A stretch of DNA of 64,000 nt from Tubulanus polymorphus (Eukaryota; Animalia; Nemertea). The notes beneath the pieces were generated by a model, which saw only the letters and a program-made list of their open reading frames with translations, did not search any database and had not been told where the DNA came from. Shown here one piece after another: positions 27,483 to 40,611 of the stretch (the stretch's first letter is position 1; every line of letters starts with the position of its first letter). Position numbers and translations under genes: made by a program. The stretch is from positions 2,872,131-2,936,130 of the forward strand of contig NC_134033.1 in NCBI RefSeq assembly GCF_964204645.1, written 5' to 3'.

Positions 27483-27812
27483 AATATTTATATTTTAAAC
27501 AACTAGTGAAACCTATGGTACATAGAAATTTTACTGAGAGAGCTTTTAAATTTGCTGCTCCTGAACTTTGGAATGTTCTCCCTATTCATATTAGATCTAG
27601 TTCTACAGTCGAAACTTTTAAATCAAACCTAGAATCATTCTTTTTAAAACGAACCTATTTGTCTTAATATTTATGTTAACGAATCGTCAATTTTAGTAAT
27701 CTCAATGTTTTGCATTTTACCGTGAATTGTATTTTTGATTTTCTTTTTTCTAATCTTTTGTAAATTGGAAAGATTACTATGTAGATAATTCGCCATATCA
27801 AGAAAATGAATT
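27483..27812 (+). mobile_element. 5'-truncated L2/CR1-group LINE 3' end
   Basis: Translates ..ERAFKFAAPELWNVLPIHIRSSSTVETFKSNLESFFLK, the typical C-terminus of L2-clade ORF2 (RAF..AAP.LWN.LP..IR....FK..L). Followed by a T-rich 3' UTR. Absent from the equivalent site in the other spacers. Confidence 0.8.
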
Positions 27813-28899
27813 ATTATCAAATGATGGCAATTTCGTAGTAGAAGAACAAATTATATCAAATACTTAAAAGTAGAATCTACTTTATTGTTGTTAATTTCAT
27901 GATTTGGAAATTTCGACATTCGTTTTTCTTCTCACAGTGACATTCGCAAAGATATTATTTCATCGTTTCGAAATGTCTTTTCTAGCTCTTTTCCAATCTA
28001 TATGATTTTCGACGCTGAGATTGCTTCAAATGATTCCTTACGATTGTAAAGACGAATCTCATCAGAAACAACAAGCGGTTTAAACCGATTAATTGACGAT
28101 TATTGAAATATGTTCCTTTTCTACGCAATTCCCAGATCACCATGACAGTTGCTCGTTGCCAAATGTCATTTACCAATTGCTGATTACTGATCGCTGGTTT
28201 ACGGTTATTTATGTGTTGAATTGTTTGTTCGCCAGCTGGCGCCACCTTATTCTCATTAAAACATATCTATAAAACACACTAACATCTCCCCAATATCGGT
28301 GACCGAATATATTAGGTAATCATCATTGTCGATCGTTTATGTAGGCGTTCCAAAACGGAAGGAGGCAGGAGAAAAAACGAATTTATTGAACACAAACGAA
28401 ACCTCAAAGGACCGCAGAAAAAAGAACCGAAAATGATTGGAAATTGTGATGAATTTGATACAAATGATGGGAAAATTTTTTTTTGATAGTTTTTGCAAAT
28501 AACGATATAGAAAATTTAGATGAACATAACTTTAACGAATTACTGGATTAAAAATCAGATGGGCATTACGGAATTTTTTGTTTGTTGAAAAATTGTACCG
28601 AAAAGAGGAAGGGGTAATAAAACACAATTCAGTGTAAGGAACTTTGCTGAATTGTTGGCGCGGATTCGTTCTTCAAGTAATCAATAGCAATGCCTAACGG
28701 ACTACGATGTACATATTCTATTCAGTCAAATCTAAAGTTTGAAAGTGAAGATCGGGAGTTTCGGAATTATCAATTTACCTCATTCATTATTGGTTTAACC
28801 TATAGCCGCATTCACACTACGAACCAGTTAAACCGTTTTAAACGGGTCCGTGTCCGGAACAGGGCAAATTTAGAACGGTCCGAATCAGAGTGCGCGAGT

Positions 28900-29079
28900 C
28901 TCGCCGGGATTATTCTCCGTTTCTTAATTTGAGCTCCCTTAACTGTTCACTTAATTCTAACGCGTCAGAGATATTCAAATATCGTCAACCCGTTTTCTAG
29001 AAGTCCGATTATAACTCTGAAATACGTTATCGGTATTTGCTGCATTTGTTGGCTCGTTATAAGCACAGTTTCTATTCTA
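28900..29079 (+). repeat. Near-perfect TM3-ICL2-TM4 CDS fragment in the copy 4 promoter
   Basis: CTTAATTCTAACGCGTCAGAGATATTCAAATATCGTCAACCCG...AGCACAGTTTCTATTCTA is essentially identical to 35032-35162. Confidence 0.92.
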
Positions 29080-29391
29080 TTCGGGAGCGACAGTAAATAT
29101 TTTTAGAGAAATAATTGCACACGATTATAAACACGATATATTGAAACACGTCTAAATTTAGAAACCGCGGTAATTACAGCGAAACCGAGAACAGATGAAA
29201 GTTTCACAAACACGAGTCTGGCGCCAGTTTGATGGGCGGATTTTTTTACAAAATAATTGGACTCGATCAATTCGTCAACTTCTGCCATTTGCGAATTCGT
29301 CATTACATTGCAGTTACTCTCTAGAGAAATGTCGCGCAAACTTAGAAATAGTTAGAAATGTGTTTGTTTTGAAGTGTGAATTGTGTTCAAT

Positions 29392-32300
29392 ATGCAGCGA
29401 ATGAAAGCGTTGTTCGTAGTTTTACTGATCGCTTGCGGAGACTGTATATTTACGCGGGCTGATCGGGCAAACTCTGTCGAGGAAGCCGCGTCTGTTACAG
29501 TCAGTTCATCTTGTAACAACACTCAATACTCCGTCGATTCTACGTCTGGTTACATCGTTTCACCGAACTATCCGTCGTTAGTGCGCGGTGTCGAATGTCG
29601 TTGGTTCGTCAACAGCTCTTTACCGGGAAGTTTTCTCGTTCAAGTTTACTACGACATCGAGCCGTCGATATTCTGTAACGAAAACTACCTTCTAGTCGGT
29701 GAGTCCGACAACAAACTCTGCGCTACCGGAAGAAAACAACTAGATATCCGCAGTAACGATTTGATTTCGTTGTTGTTTAGGAGTAACGTCGATGGAGCGC
29801 GAGGTAGTCGGGTTTATATCATATATCGTTATGAAGAACAGAGTCGCTTGAAGATCTTACATACATGTTCAAAACATGCAGTTAACAAAATACCAACTGA
29901 AACAGGTTATAAATTCACGATTTCTACCGCGCGATGTAAATTGTTGTTAGAATGGATCGGGATGCCAGACGGGTTTGCCATGAATTTTACGTTGTTACAG
30001 ATAGATTTCAGATTAAGACCAGGTGAGGATCTAATAAATACTCGTCCTCAAATTTACGACGGGTGGAACAGCACCAGTAAACCTATAGCTCTTATACGAG
30101 AACAAACCGGACATCCACCTTCATCGTTTTATACTAAAACTAATAAAGCACGTATTGAATTTATTTCAAAAGGATACCCATATTTTCAGTCGAAGCTACT
30201 CGTGCAAATTTACAAAATATCAGATTGGAACATGTCTAACCCGTTAATTCAAGTCTATAATAAATCAGGACTGCTCGCTACAATTGATGGAATACCACAT
30301 ATAGTAACTCAGTCTAAACACTTATACTGCTGGTCTATCACAGTCGATGTTCTGCAGTACGTCGTCTTCAACTGGACACGTGATCTCGTCTCGTCACCAG
30401 GTGTCGTTGGTGTATATAAACAGGAAGGGTTACGTATTGTGAGAACTGATATTTTACTCAGTTTTAACCATCTTAAATCTCTGAGTGTAAAATCAGACGG
30501 ATTTCTCGTGATTCTGTGCGTTTTAACGACATCGGATTTTTCAAGATCGAATTTGAAAATAGAGTTTGAAGTGAAATCAATCACAATATCAGACGTCTAC
30601 GTCAACAAGCCAAGGATATCGGTAAGTTTATTACAGTGATTTGTAGATTAGGTTCGTGTAATAGAAGCAATGTAATTATCTATATTTTTATGGCTATTTT
30701 GACCAGTGAAACTTTACCGAGAAACTTGGAATAACAACGTTATGTGTGACCCAAATTTCAATATATTCGGACGCACTCGTTGTTTACGAGTAATTATGAT
30801 GATTTGTGGAGGATTTTAAGTTAAGTTTCGATAGCTACATTTTGAACTATTATCAATATATCGAGGTTGTACAGAGTTTGAAATTGTTGTATTGTAAACG
30901 TTTAATGCTGTAATCAATTCCCTTATATTTCAGTTTACGGTTTACTGGTTATCAGCTAATCGATTGTTCCCAAGATCAAAGAATACATTGTATCGTGTAA
31001 CTACATTACAACTAAACTGGAAAGTGAACATCTATGAAGAACAGTTGAAACTAACAGTGCTATCAGAAAACTGTGAGCGAGCTGGTTTTTATATATTTGA
31101 TGGTAGTAATTTCACAGCTAGACGCTATGGTCCGTATTGTCCTGGTTCATACTACGGTCGATCTGTCGTCAGCCTGATTACATCAGGTGGACCGGTTACT
31201 GTAGTAGCATACGCTTATTACTATAACAATCAGTTAACAGTTGATCGTTCTGTCCGGTCATCTCTTGAATTTGCTCCTACTGATTGTGACGGGTATGTTC
31301 TACAGGAAGAAGAACGTCAGATCAATATGACGTCACACTGTCTCGTGATTACACCTGAAAATCGACGCCTTCGCTTGAAAAATATTCACATATTATCAGA
31401 ACACGAATATCAAACTGATAAATGTTTTCTCAAGGTGACATTATTATGTGAACAGTTTCTGAGATTAAGTAATCGGTTTCTTAATAACAGTCTCGTATTA
31501 AACACTGTAGATTTCACAGGTGGGTTTGTATTCTGGCAAGAACCACTAATAGTTAAACTACGTCGTGAATGTCTAGGAGTGAAAAAAGCGGTTAGTTTTG
31601 GATTTCTTGGATCCCGTCTTCCAGTTACTACTAAAGATAAATGTGGACTCGTGCAGTCACCGAACTACCCGGGTCGGGCAGGACTTACATCAGAATCTAT
31701 TTCCTATAAATTTGAAAACCCGATACAACAAAAAATATTTCAATATTACAGATTTATTGTCAAATTTATTGGATCAGTTTCATGCGAAACAAACAGCAGG
31801 GTCGAGAATGATCCGATCATTTTGATACAAACAATAAATTACGACCTCTTTCTAAATGGAAAATATTCCAAAACCATTTTAACCCAACATGAAACTAAAA
31901 TATGTGATAATAACGCGGTTCGTGGACTTATATTTTATAGTTTAACAGATAATACTTTGCGTTTTGAAGTAAACAATTACATTCCGATATTTCAAATACA
32001 ATACACTTTACGCGAGTCATTACCGATTAATGATTTCGATGATTTTTACTGCAAACAAGGATTTCTGGATTCCGGGATTTCTTGCATCAAATTCATCAGA
32101 GATGAACGTCTGAATTGGGAGAACGCTGAAATATACTGTAGACTGAAGTACGCGGGACATCTACTCAGTATCAACTCAGAACGGGAAATGATTTCCATCA
32201 AAAGATTATTCGCTACAGAACTTCTCCGAATGGCGTACTCATTAAAAGCGCCCATAATGATGATTGGATTGAAATGGCAGGTAAGACTAATGTTGGCAAA

Positions 32301-35300
32301 TATATATTAGAAAAGTAAGACTTTTAATGAAAAATTGTTAAATAATTTATCATTTTGTTCACGAAACAGAATGATGGTTATTACACGTGGACTGACGGTA
32401 AACCATTGAGCTACAACGAATGGTATAAACCTGTTATTAATGAAACGATACCAGAAGTTATTCGGGGATTGATATCTCCGCTGAGAAAACAACCGATAAA
32501 TGACGTCAATATGCCGTGTACGGCGATGATACTGAATAATCCACGAGGATCGGCGAACTGGGTTCGATTCCCGTGTCAAATCGAGGAGACGCACACGACA
32601 TTCATTTGTGAATCTGAGAGAATCGACATCAAAAACAAACACAATTCAACGATAAACGATGTGAACAATTCAACAAATACAGACTTAAATAAAACCATAT
32701 ATCAAATTATTCCCGATGTTACTTTGATTAATTCAACCTGTCCAAGAGGTTGGGTAACTATTTCCAGACAATGTTATCAAATACTAACCGACTGGAAAAA
32801 CAATCGAGGTTTGAATATTCGGAGTGATAGAGAAATGTGTCACAGCATCCGCGCCGAAATAGTAAGAATCACCTCAAATACAGAAAGCGACTTGAAAAAT
32901 TTGATCAACGAATTTCAATATCGACATCAATATGGCGCCATACTGACAATGGACCGCGACGGATTTAAAGTTATCAAACCACTGGTGACCAGAAATGAAA
33001 TTACTTATATTCAATCAGTTAAATGGTTATTGAAACCTTTCGATATTAGAAAAGATAAAGCGCATTCCGTGTTATGTACCTATAATGAAACTGGTGTAGA
33101 GTTAGCTTCTATAAGCGGTTGTAAATCGTGGCAGTTTGAATGTAACGATCAAAGATGTATCAGCGACCATCGCGTATGTGATATCAGACACGACTGTCAA
33201 CACGGTGAAGATGAACTCGATTGTACGGATATCAATTTACATAGTCAGTTCCGCTGTAACGATGGACAGGTTATATCGATTAGCGGTTTCTGTGACTTTA
33301 TGAGAGATTGCGTCGATGGCTCGGATGAGATTTCGTGCTTTCATCCACTGTGTTTATCTACGCAATATCGCTGTTCCAATCACCAATGCATCGATAGTTA
33401 TAAACGATGTGACGGACTAGCCAACTGTAAAGACGGTTCCGATGAGATCGGATGCACTACCAAACTTTGTCAGGGGTTCTCGTGCGCGGACGGTGAATGT
33501 ATTAGTTCTCAGTTGTATCGGGATGGTGTCGTGGATTGTAGCGGAAGTCTCGAAGAAGACGAACTGGTCACTAATATGACAGTGAATCCCGAGGTTTACT
33601 GTAATAATGACAATCACTGTACGACTCGTTTCACAGATCTGTGTAAGGAATCGGGTGAACAAAGATGTTCGTTCAATTCTCCTCGCTGTTATTCCCGACA
33701 CGAAAGGTGTATTTTAGAAAGGACGCCGATTGGTTTCCCGGTATGTAGAAATCTTGAACATATACTCGCGTGTAATGACTTCGAATGCGTGGCTGGTACT
33801 GTAAAATGTCCGGCATCTTACTGTATACCGATCAGACACGTTTGTGACGGTCGATCCGATTGTCCTAATTCAGAGGATGAACGAAACTGCGAGACTTGGT
33901 CGTGTCCGGGAATGTTTAAATGTGGCCAGGAAAATCGATGTATTCCGCAATCTGAAGTTTGCGACGGCGTCGTAAATTGTAAACATAACTCTGATGACGA
34001 GTCATACTGTAAGGTCACGTGTCCTGAACGTTGTAATTGCCGGGGTCATTTCATCGATTGTGAAAATGCTCTTTTATCAGATATTACTGGTCGTTTTATA
34101 GAATCAACTCGGGTTTTGATTTTGTCGAATAACCGAGTCGTATTTAACGAGTCGACGTTCAACTCTTTCATTTATCTTCGTTTTCTCGATATTTCGGGCA
34201 ATAATTTGTCTTACATCGTTCCCAACGCGTTTTCTAATCTAAACAATCTATACGCATTAGACCTTACTCACAACCGCATAACATCATTATCTGCTAATAC
34301 ATTCGCAGGTTTGATCGGTTTAAAAGAACTATTTCTTATCGGAAATCCGCTGCAACATTTAGAATACGGTAGTTTTCGAGATCTGTCGTCACTAACTGTT
34401 CTCGATCTTCACGGACTTTCTATATCGGTTCTCGTTGAAAATGTATTTAAAGGTTTATCCGCATTACAGTCGTTAAATATCAGCAGTAACAGAATACATT
34501 ACATTTCGAGATTTGCTTTTTCTGGATTGGTTGGACTTGAAATTCTAGATCTCGTCAAAAATGCCGAAGTGATATTTGTAAAAAGAAACGTTCTTGGCGA
34601 TCTTACATCATTGAAATACCTCGCTTCGGATGCTTACAAATTTTGCTGCATGGCACCGAATGTTGACCGATGTCTTCCCGAAGCTGATCAATTTTCCACC
34701 TGTTCTGACCTGATGGGTAACGCTGTACTGAGAGCCATCATCTGGATGATCGCATCTTTCAGTTTTCTCGCAAACAGTATCGTTATTTTATTTCGCGTTC
34801 AAGCTTTGCGGATGGAATCCTCCGGAACACGTAACACATCTTCAGATATCCTCATCATAAATATTGCCGGTTGTGATTTTCTGATGTCGGTCTATTTGTT
34901 TTTGATCGCGGGAGCTGACTACGTGTTCAAAGGCGTTTATTATCTGAGTTCTGAAACCTGGACGGATAGCTCATTTTGTCGTCTGGCCGGGGTTATTGTC
35001 ACCGTTTCGTGCGAAGGTTCCTTAACTTTTCTCTTAATTCTAACGCGTCAGAGATATTCAAATATCGTCAACCCGTTTTCTAGAAGTCCGATTATAACTC
35101 CGAAATACGTTATCGGTATTTGCTGCATTTGTTGGCTCGTTATAAGCACAGTTTCTATTCTACCGCTGTCATCGTCGTCTTACTTCGGAGACAATTTTTA
35201 CGGTACAACCGGAGTTTGTTTGCCTATGAATTTACTGACGATCGACGTCAATGGCTGGCACTATTCATTCGCTATTTTTGCCTTGTTTAATGCGGCCATA

Positions 35301-35639
35301 TTGGCTACGATAATGACGACGTACGCTCAGATGTATAGACTCGTATCTGGAAGTAGGTCGGGCTCGGGTAGAGCCGATCCTACCGAACTGGTTTTAGCTC
35401 GAAGGAGTTTAGTAATCAATCTTTGTAATCTATTTTGTTGGCTACCGATAATAATCGTTCAGATTTGCGCCGTATTTTCGGTCGAGATACCGAACCAGGT
35501 GGCCGCTTGGCTGGCCGTTCTATTTTTACCGATCAACTCGTCTCTGAATCCGCTTCTTTATACAATACTAACTATCGATATGAAATCTATTCGTGAACGC
35601 AATAAACGACGACTAGGGTTGACGACATCCAGTAAATAA
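29392..35639 (+). CDS. Copy 4, intact GRL101-like GPCR, ~1948 aa
   Basis: Exons 29392-30621, 30934-32280, 32370-35639. Intron 2 is 89 nt (not a multiple of 3), so it must be spliced to keep the frame. Same domain motifs as copy 3. Confidence 0.92.
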
Positions 35640-36169
35640 ACGATAGTTTGACACGAGTCCCCGAATAATGTTTGCATATCCATAAATCGGGGTTGAAACT
35701 TGAAATCCTGAAACTTAGTATAGTTCGTTTGAAATCGCATGACCGAATTAGTTTAATTTTTTCATTCTTTCATTTACAATTAAAGAGGTTTCCAGTTTCT
35801 AGACGCCATTTTGAAGCGGTGCGAAAAATTTGCGCTCATTGCGAAACATAAGTTTTTATACAATATCATACAGCTCTGCAGTGTATTGAAATGAAATCAT
35901 GGTGATTAGATATTTCGACTCCACAAAATGTCTACTCGCCATAAATCATGTGACGTGTGGAGCTCCTTAGTTTATTCCGCAAGAGTTTGAGTCTTCCGGT
36001 CGCGATTTGGTTGGTTCAATCGAAACGGTAGCAAACATGTCCCGAGAAAATGGCGAAAGGGCATCATTTAAAAAAAACCAATATTTGAAGTTCTCTTGGA
36101 TGATTCAATTAGTGACGATGGTAGTTTGTATATCAACCCTCGCCACGCGTGAGTGAACACGAAATACCC

Positions 36170-37300
36170 TAAGATTAAACCTAACCTCAGTTTCCTAGAG
36201 AGAAATAATTTATAATTTCTACTCACCGATTTATGTGAGCAGTTTTCGAATATCTTTTCCTCGAAGAGATTTATCATTCAGCTCACATGAGTCCTCTATC
36301 AGATCAGGTTGTTTTTGTCGGCACACACTTGGTGCAATCAGGTCCTGATGAAGTGAGGAAGTTCTGGAATCTGGAAAGTGTATTTGTCGGTTTAGTCAAA
36401 AATCAGATCCTGCTCAGGAAGATCTTCTCTGAAAAAGCAACTAAGGTGTTTAATTTGACTTGAATCAGCTTGAATCCGACCTAACTTAAGTTTGACATTT
36501 AGAATTGGAATTAAAATGTCTTCTCACCAATTCATGAGTGGAACTTCATGGATTATAACGATCAGTTATCGTTTCATTGGGAGATTTGACACCCAAGTTA
36601 CAGCACTAAAATATGTCCCGTCTTGTTGGTTAAGTCCAGCACGCACTGACAGCAATCAGGTCCCGAGGAAGTAGAGCATATCTGAAAAAAGTATTGATCT
36701 CAATAATAACCTTTAATTTGACTCGATACATGCGCATTGTAATCTGTTATATCCATTATCAAAAACCCACAAATCTACTCACCACCAATTTATGTGTGAA
36801 GCATCATGGATTTTTTAGAAAAGCCTGGAGTCTGGTATTGGCAGCAATCAGGTCCTGAGTGAGGAATGGCTAATCTGAAAAACAACAATTTCATATTTCA
36901 GTTCCGACTGGAAGAATCAATGTTTAAGTTTAGGTTGGATGCCCGAGTGAGATCCCAGAGATAGGGAGTCAAGTAGACTAATTTTACACGAGATGTGAAT
37001 TGTCGAAAGCATCCCTCGGCAACTTCGCAAATTAGTCTCTAAATTAGTGGAAAAAAACTTATAGATCTCCCTTTTCACTTACGTAACCTCACATAAGGAC
37101 TGGACATATATGCGCGTGTATAGTGAATTCAACGTATGTTACGAATGAATCATCAGAATTGGTTCAATTCAAATCCAACACGTATTACATGATTTCAAAG
37201 ATCGAGGACAAGAACAGGCCACAATATGAACGGAGTTTGTCATAATGAGGTTCAATGGACACGAGCACCACTGGCTAGATAATACCGGACTGGCCCTGTT
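36170..37300 (+). repeat. Dispersed ~1-kb repeat; diverged inverted copy at ~43270-44135, partial copies at ~17020-17300 and ~47345-47402
   Basis: ACAAATCTACTCACCACCAATT (36771) vs AATTGGTGGTGAGTAGATTTGT (43691); GGTTCAATGGACACGA..CCACTGGCTA (37249, 17087) vs TAGCCAGTGG..TCGTGTCCATTGAACC (43284). Confidence 0.7.
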
Positions 37301-37720
37301 AGTATCTTAACTTCAGAAACCTAACTAATATATGAAGTAGATTTAATATCAGATATTCTACACGTCCTCGTTAAAATGATATTTCTATACAGTAAATTAA
37401 ATCCTTTCAAAATTGAATTAGCAGAAAAATCACTTTGCAATACAATCTGTTAATTACATTTCCATTGTCTATAACTCGAATTGTCACTGGAATCAAGCAC
37501 GAATCTTAGAACTATTTGCAATTGATTTCATCAAATAAAATGAATTAAGATGATATCATCATAGGAAATATGCAATCCATTCAATAAATCAAATACCCAT
37601 TGTCTGTAACTGGCTAGAACTGTCTTAGCACCAGCAACAGCAGCAACAGCAGCAGCCAAGCAGGAAATACTGTTATTTGTATTTATGAATTCAAGTCAAG
37701 ATGAATAAATATAGGCTACT

Positions 37721-38031
37721 TTAACTTTTCTCTTAATTCTAACGCGTTAGAGATATTCAAATATCGTCAACCCGTTTTCTACAAGTCCAATTATAACTCC
37801 GAAATACGTTATCGGTATTTGCTGTATTTGTTGGTTCGTTATAAGCACAGTTTCTATTCTACCACTGTTAACTTTTCTCTTAATTCTAACGCGTCAGAGA
37901 TATTCAAATATCGTCAACCCGTTTTCTAGAAGTCCGATTATAACGCCGAAATACGTTATCGGTATTTGCTGTATTTGTTGGTTCGTTATAAGCACGGTTT
38001 CTATTCTACCGCTGTCATCGTCGTCTTACTT
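37721..38031 (+). repeat. Two tandem ~147-bp copies of the TM3-ICL2-TM4 CDS fragment in the copy 5 promoter
   Basis: TTAACTTTTCTCTTAATTCTAACGCG... starts at 37721 and again at 37868. Both match ~35022-35185. Confidence 0.92.
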
Positions 38032-38571
38032 GGATTGAGTTGTTTCCTCAAAAAGTCTGCACAGAACATGTCCTTACCGCCACAATCAGATATCCACGCG
38101 CTTCACTTAGCTTTAACTCAGTTATTATATTGACTGTAGAGTGTGAATTGTCAAAACAGATATTGACGAAGTCTTTTACAGAGACGCAGAATATTCTGAA
38201 GTTAATATAGAAAATATCATCGAACATTATCAAAAACTGGTTCGGTTATCAAAACGCAGTTCGGGAGCGACAGTAAATATTTTTAGCGAAATAATCGCAC
38301 ACGATTATAGACACGATATATTGAAGCACGTCTAAATTTAGAAACCGCGGTAATTACAGCGAAACCGAGAACAGATGAAAGTTTTACAAATACGAGACTG
38401 GCGCCAGTTTGATGGGAGAGTTTTTATACAAAATAATTGGACTCAATTAATTCGTCAACTTTAAACATTTGCGAATTCGTCATTACTTTGCAGCCACTCT
38501 TATGAGAAATGTCGCGCAAACTTAGAAATAGTTAGAAATGTGTTTGTTTTGAAGCGTGAATTGTGTTCAAT

Positions 38572-39461
38572 ATGCAGCGAATGAAAGCGTTGTTCGTAGT
38601 TTTACTGATCGCTTGCGGAGACTGTATATTTACGCGGGCTGATCGCGCAAACTCTGTCGAGGAAGCCGCGTCTGTTACAGTCACTTCATCTTGTAACAAC
38701 ACTCAATACTCCGTCGATTCTACGTCTGGTTACATCGTTTCACCGAACTATCCGTCGTTAGTGCGCGGTGTTGAATGTCGTTTGTTCGTCAACAGCTCTT
38801 TACCGGGAAGTTTTCTCGTTCAAGTTTACTACGACATCGAGCCGTCGATATTCTGTAACGAAAACTACCTTCTAGTCGGTGAGTCCGGCAACAAACTCTG
38901 CGCTAACGGAAGAAAACAACTTGATATCCGCAGTAACGGTTTGATTTCGTTGTTGTTTAGGAGTAACGTCGATGGAGCGCGAGGTAGTCGGGTTAACATC
39001 ATATATCGGTTTGAAGAACAGAGTCGCTTGAAAATTGTATATACATGTCACAAGCATGCAGTAAAAGAATTACCAACTCAAACAGGTTATGAATTCATGA
39101 TTTCTACCCTCCGATGTAAATTGTTGTTAGAATGGATCGGGATGCCAGACGGGTTTGCAATGAATTTAACGTTTATACAGATAGATTTCAGATTAAGACC
39201 AGGTGAGGATCCGATGAAAACTCGTCCTCAAATTTCCGACGGATGGAACAGCACCAGTGAACCTATAGCTCTTATACGAGAACAAACCGGACATCCGCCT
39301 TCATCGTTTTATACTCAAACTAACAAAGCACGTATTGAAATTAAGTAGTTTGAAGTCGAAGCTACTCTGGCAAGTTTACAAAATATCAGATTGGAACATC
39401 TCTAACCCGTTAATTCAAGTATATAATAAATCAGGACTGCTCACTACAATTGATGGAATAC
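38572..39461 (+). pseudogene. Copy 5, truncated exon-1 fragment of GRL101-like GPCR
   Basis: Matches exon 1 from the ATG. Stop/frameshift at GAA ATT AAG TAG (39346-39348). Homology continues out of frame to ...GATGGAATAC 39461, then unrelated sequence. The rest of the gene is absent from the window. Confidence 0.9.
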
Positions 39462-39954
39462 TATTGGGGTGATAAATTAGTAGTTTGCATAGAGGGAGGG
39501 AAGCCAGAGTTCAGGGCAGTGGCTGAAGTTAGTAAACAACCTACGTAGATGCTTACGTCGCACACAAGACACTGAATAGAAGATAGGTGAAAGTGACGTA
39601 TCTGCGTAGGGTTGCTGGTTATAGCGGCAGCCTTGAGCTCTGGTATGGCTAGGAAGTAAACAAGTAATAAACTCGTGACGTATAACATATGTAGAAGTAT
39701 ACGTCACGAGTAACATGAAATAAGATAAAAAGGGAGGGTCAGCACAGTAAGGGGGAGAGAGATGCGAGAGTGGCGGAGAAGCCTAAAAATACGAGCTGTA
39801 GGAAGGAATAAGAATTGTGCGGGAAAATAAAGAAAGAACGTAGACCCACGAGAAGAGTTGTTATTATTCCGGAGTCAGAGGGATATCACTTATCGGATTA
39901 ATCGGAACCAACAACGACAACACGAGGGGAGAATGCAACGTGGCCCCCACAACA
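39462..39954 (+). mobile_element. Possible LTR (solo or 5' LTR) at the copy 5 breakpoint
   Basis: ~490 bp beginning TATTGGGG and ending CCCCACAACA (imperfect TG..CA inverted ends), with an internal AATAAA at ~39826. No matching target-site duplication. Confidence 0.4.
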
Positions 39955-40071
39955 ATTGGTTGAGAAATTCAACCCCGCAACATTGTTGGAGAACCGAAAG
40001 CAACTCCACAACAGTTCCAAGACAAACTTAATTCTATAGCCAATCTAATAATTTAAGACCAGTGTTAAGGT

Positions 40072-40462
40072 TTAACCCTTTTCTTTAGTGAGGAAATGGC
40101 TTGATTTTTGGATATAACTTAGGAAATATACCATTTTGTGTGATTTGTTTCTTTATTTGACATTTAGATATACTTTTGCCAAAAAAATATTGTATTTTCT
40201 TCATGAAGTTTAAAAATTTTTATGAGGTGTGATTTGTCATTATTTTTGGGGTAATCATATATATGGAATATGTTATTCTGCATTATCTGATAGCTGTGAA
40301 AGTTACCTTTCATTTGGTGTAAAGATTATCTGTCTATCTTCATAATTCAAAAAGTTATGATGATTTTAGTAGTATCCTAGCTCGTTGTTTAATTGCATCG
40401 GCCATATACCTTGGGCACAAAAGACCTTTTGAGGGAAAAACGGTTGGGCACCAAAGGGTTAT
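40072..40462. mobile_element. Possible non-autonomous piggyBac-like element
   Basis: TTAA-CCCTTT ... AAAGGG-TTAT ends around an AT-rich non-coding interior. The TIR match is short. Confidence 0.35.
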
Positions 40463-40611
40463 GACCACTTTTGGTCTGAAGTCCTGACTACGGAACCGGT
40501 CTCTTGGGCCCATTAAATTAACCAGAAATCCCTCGTTGGTTTTATCAGGGAAGTGTAATGAGACTACCCTGGTTTTATAGATCGATGATGTTTATTTCGT
40601 TTTTGTTGAAG

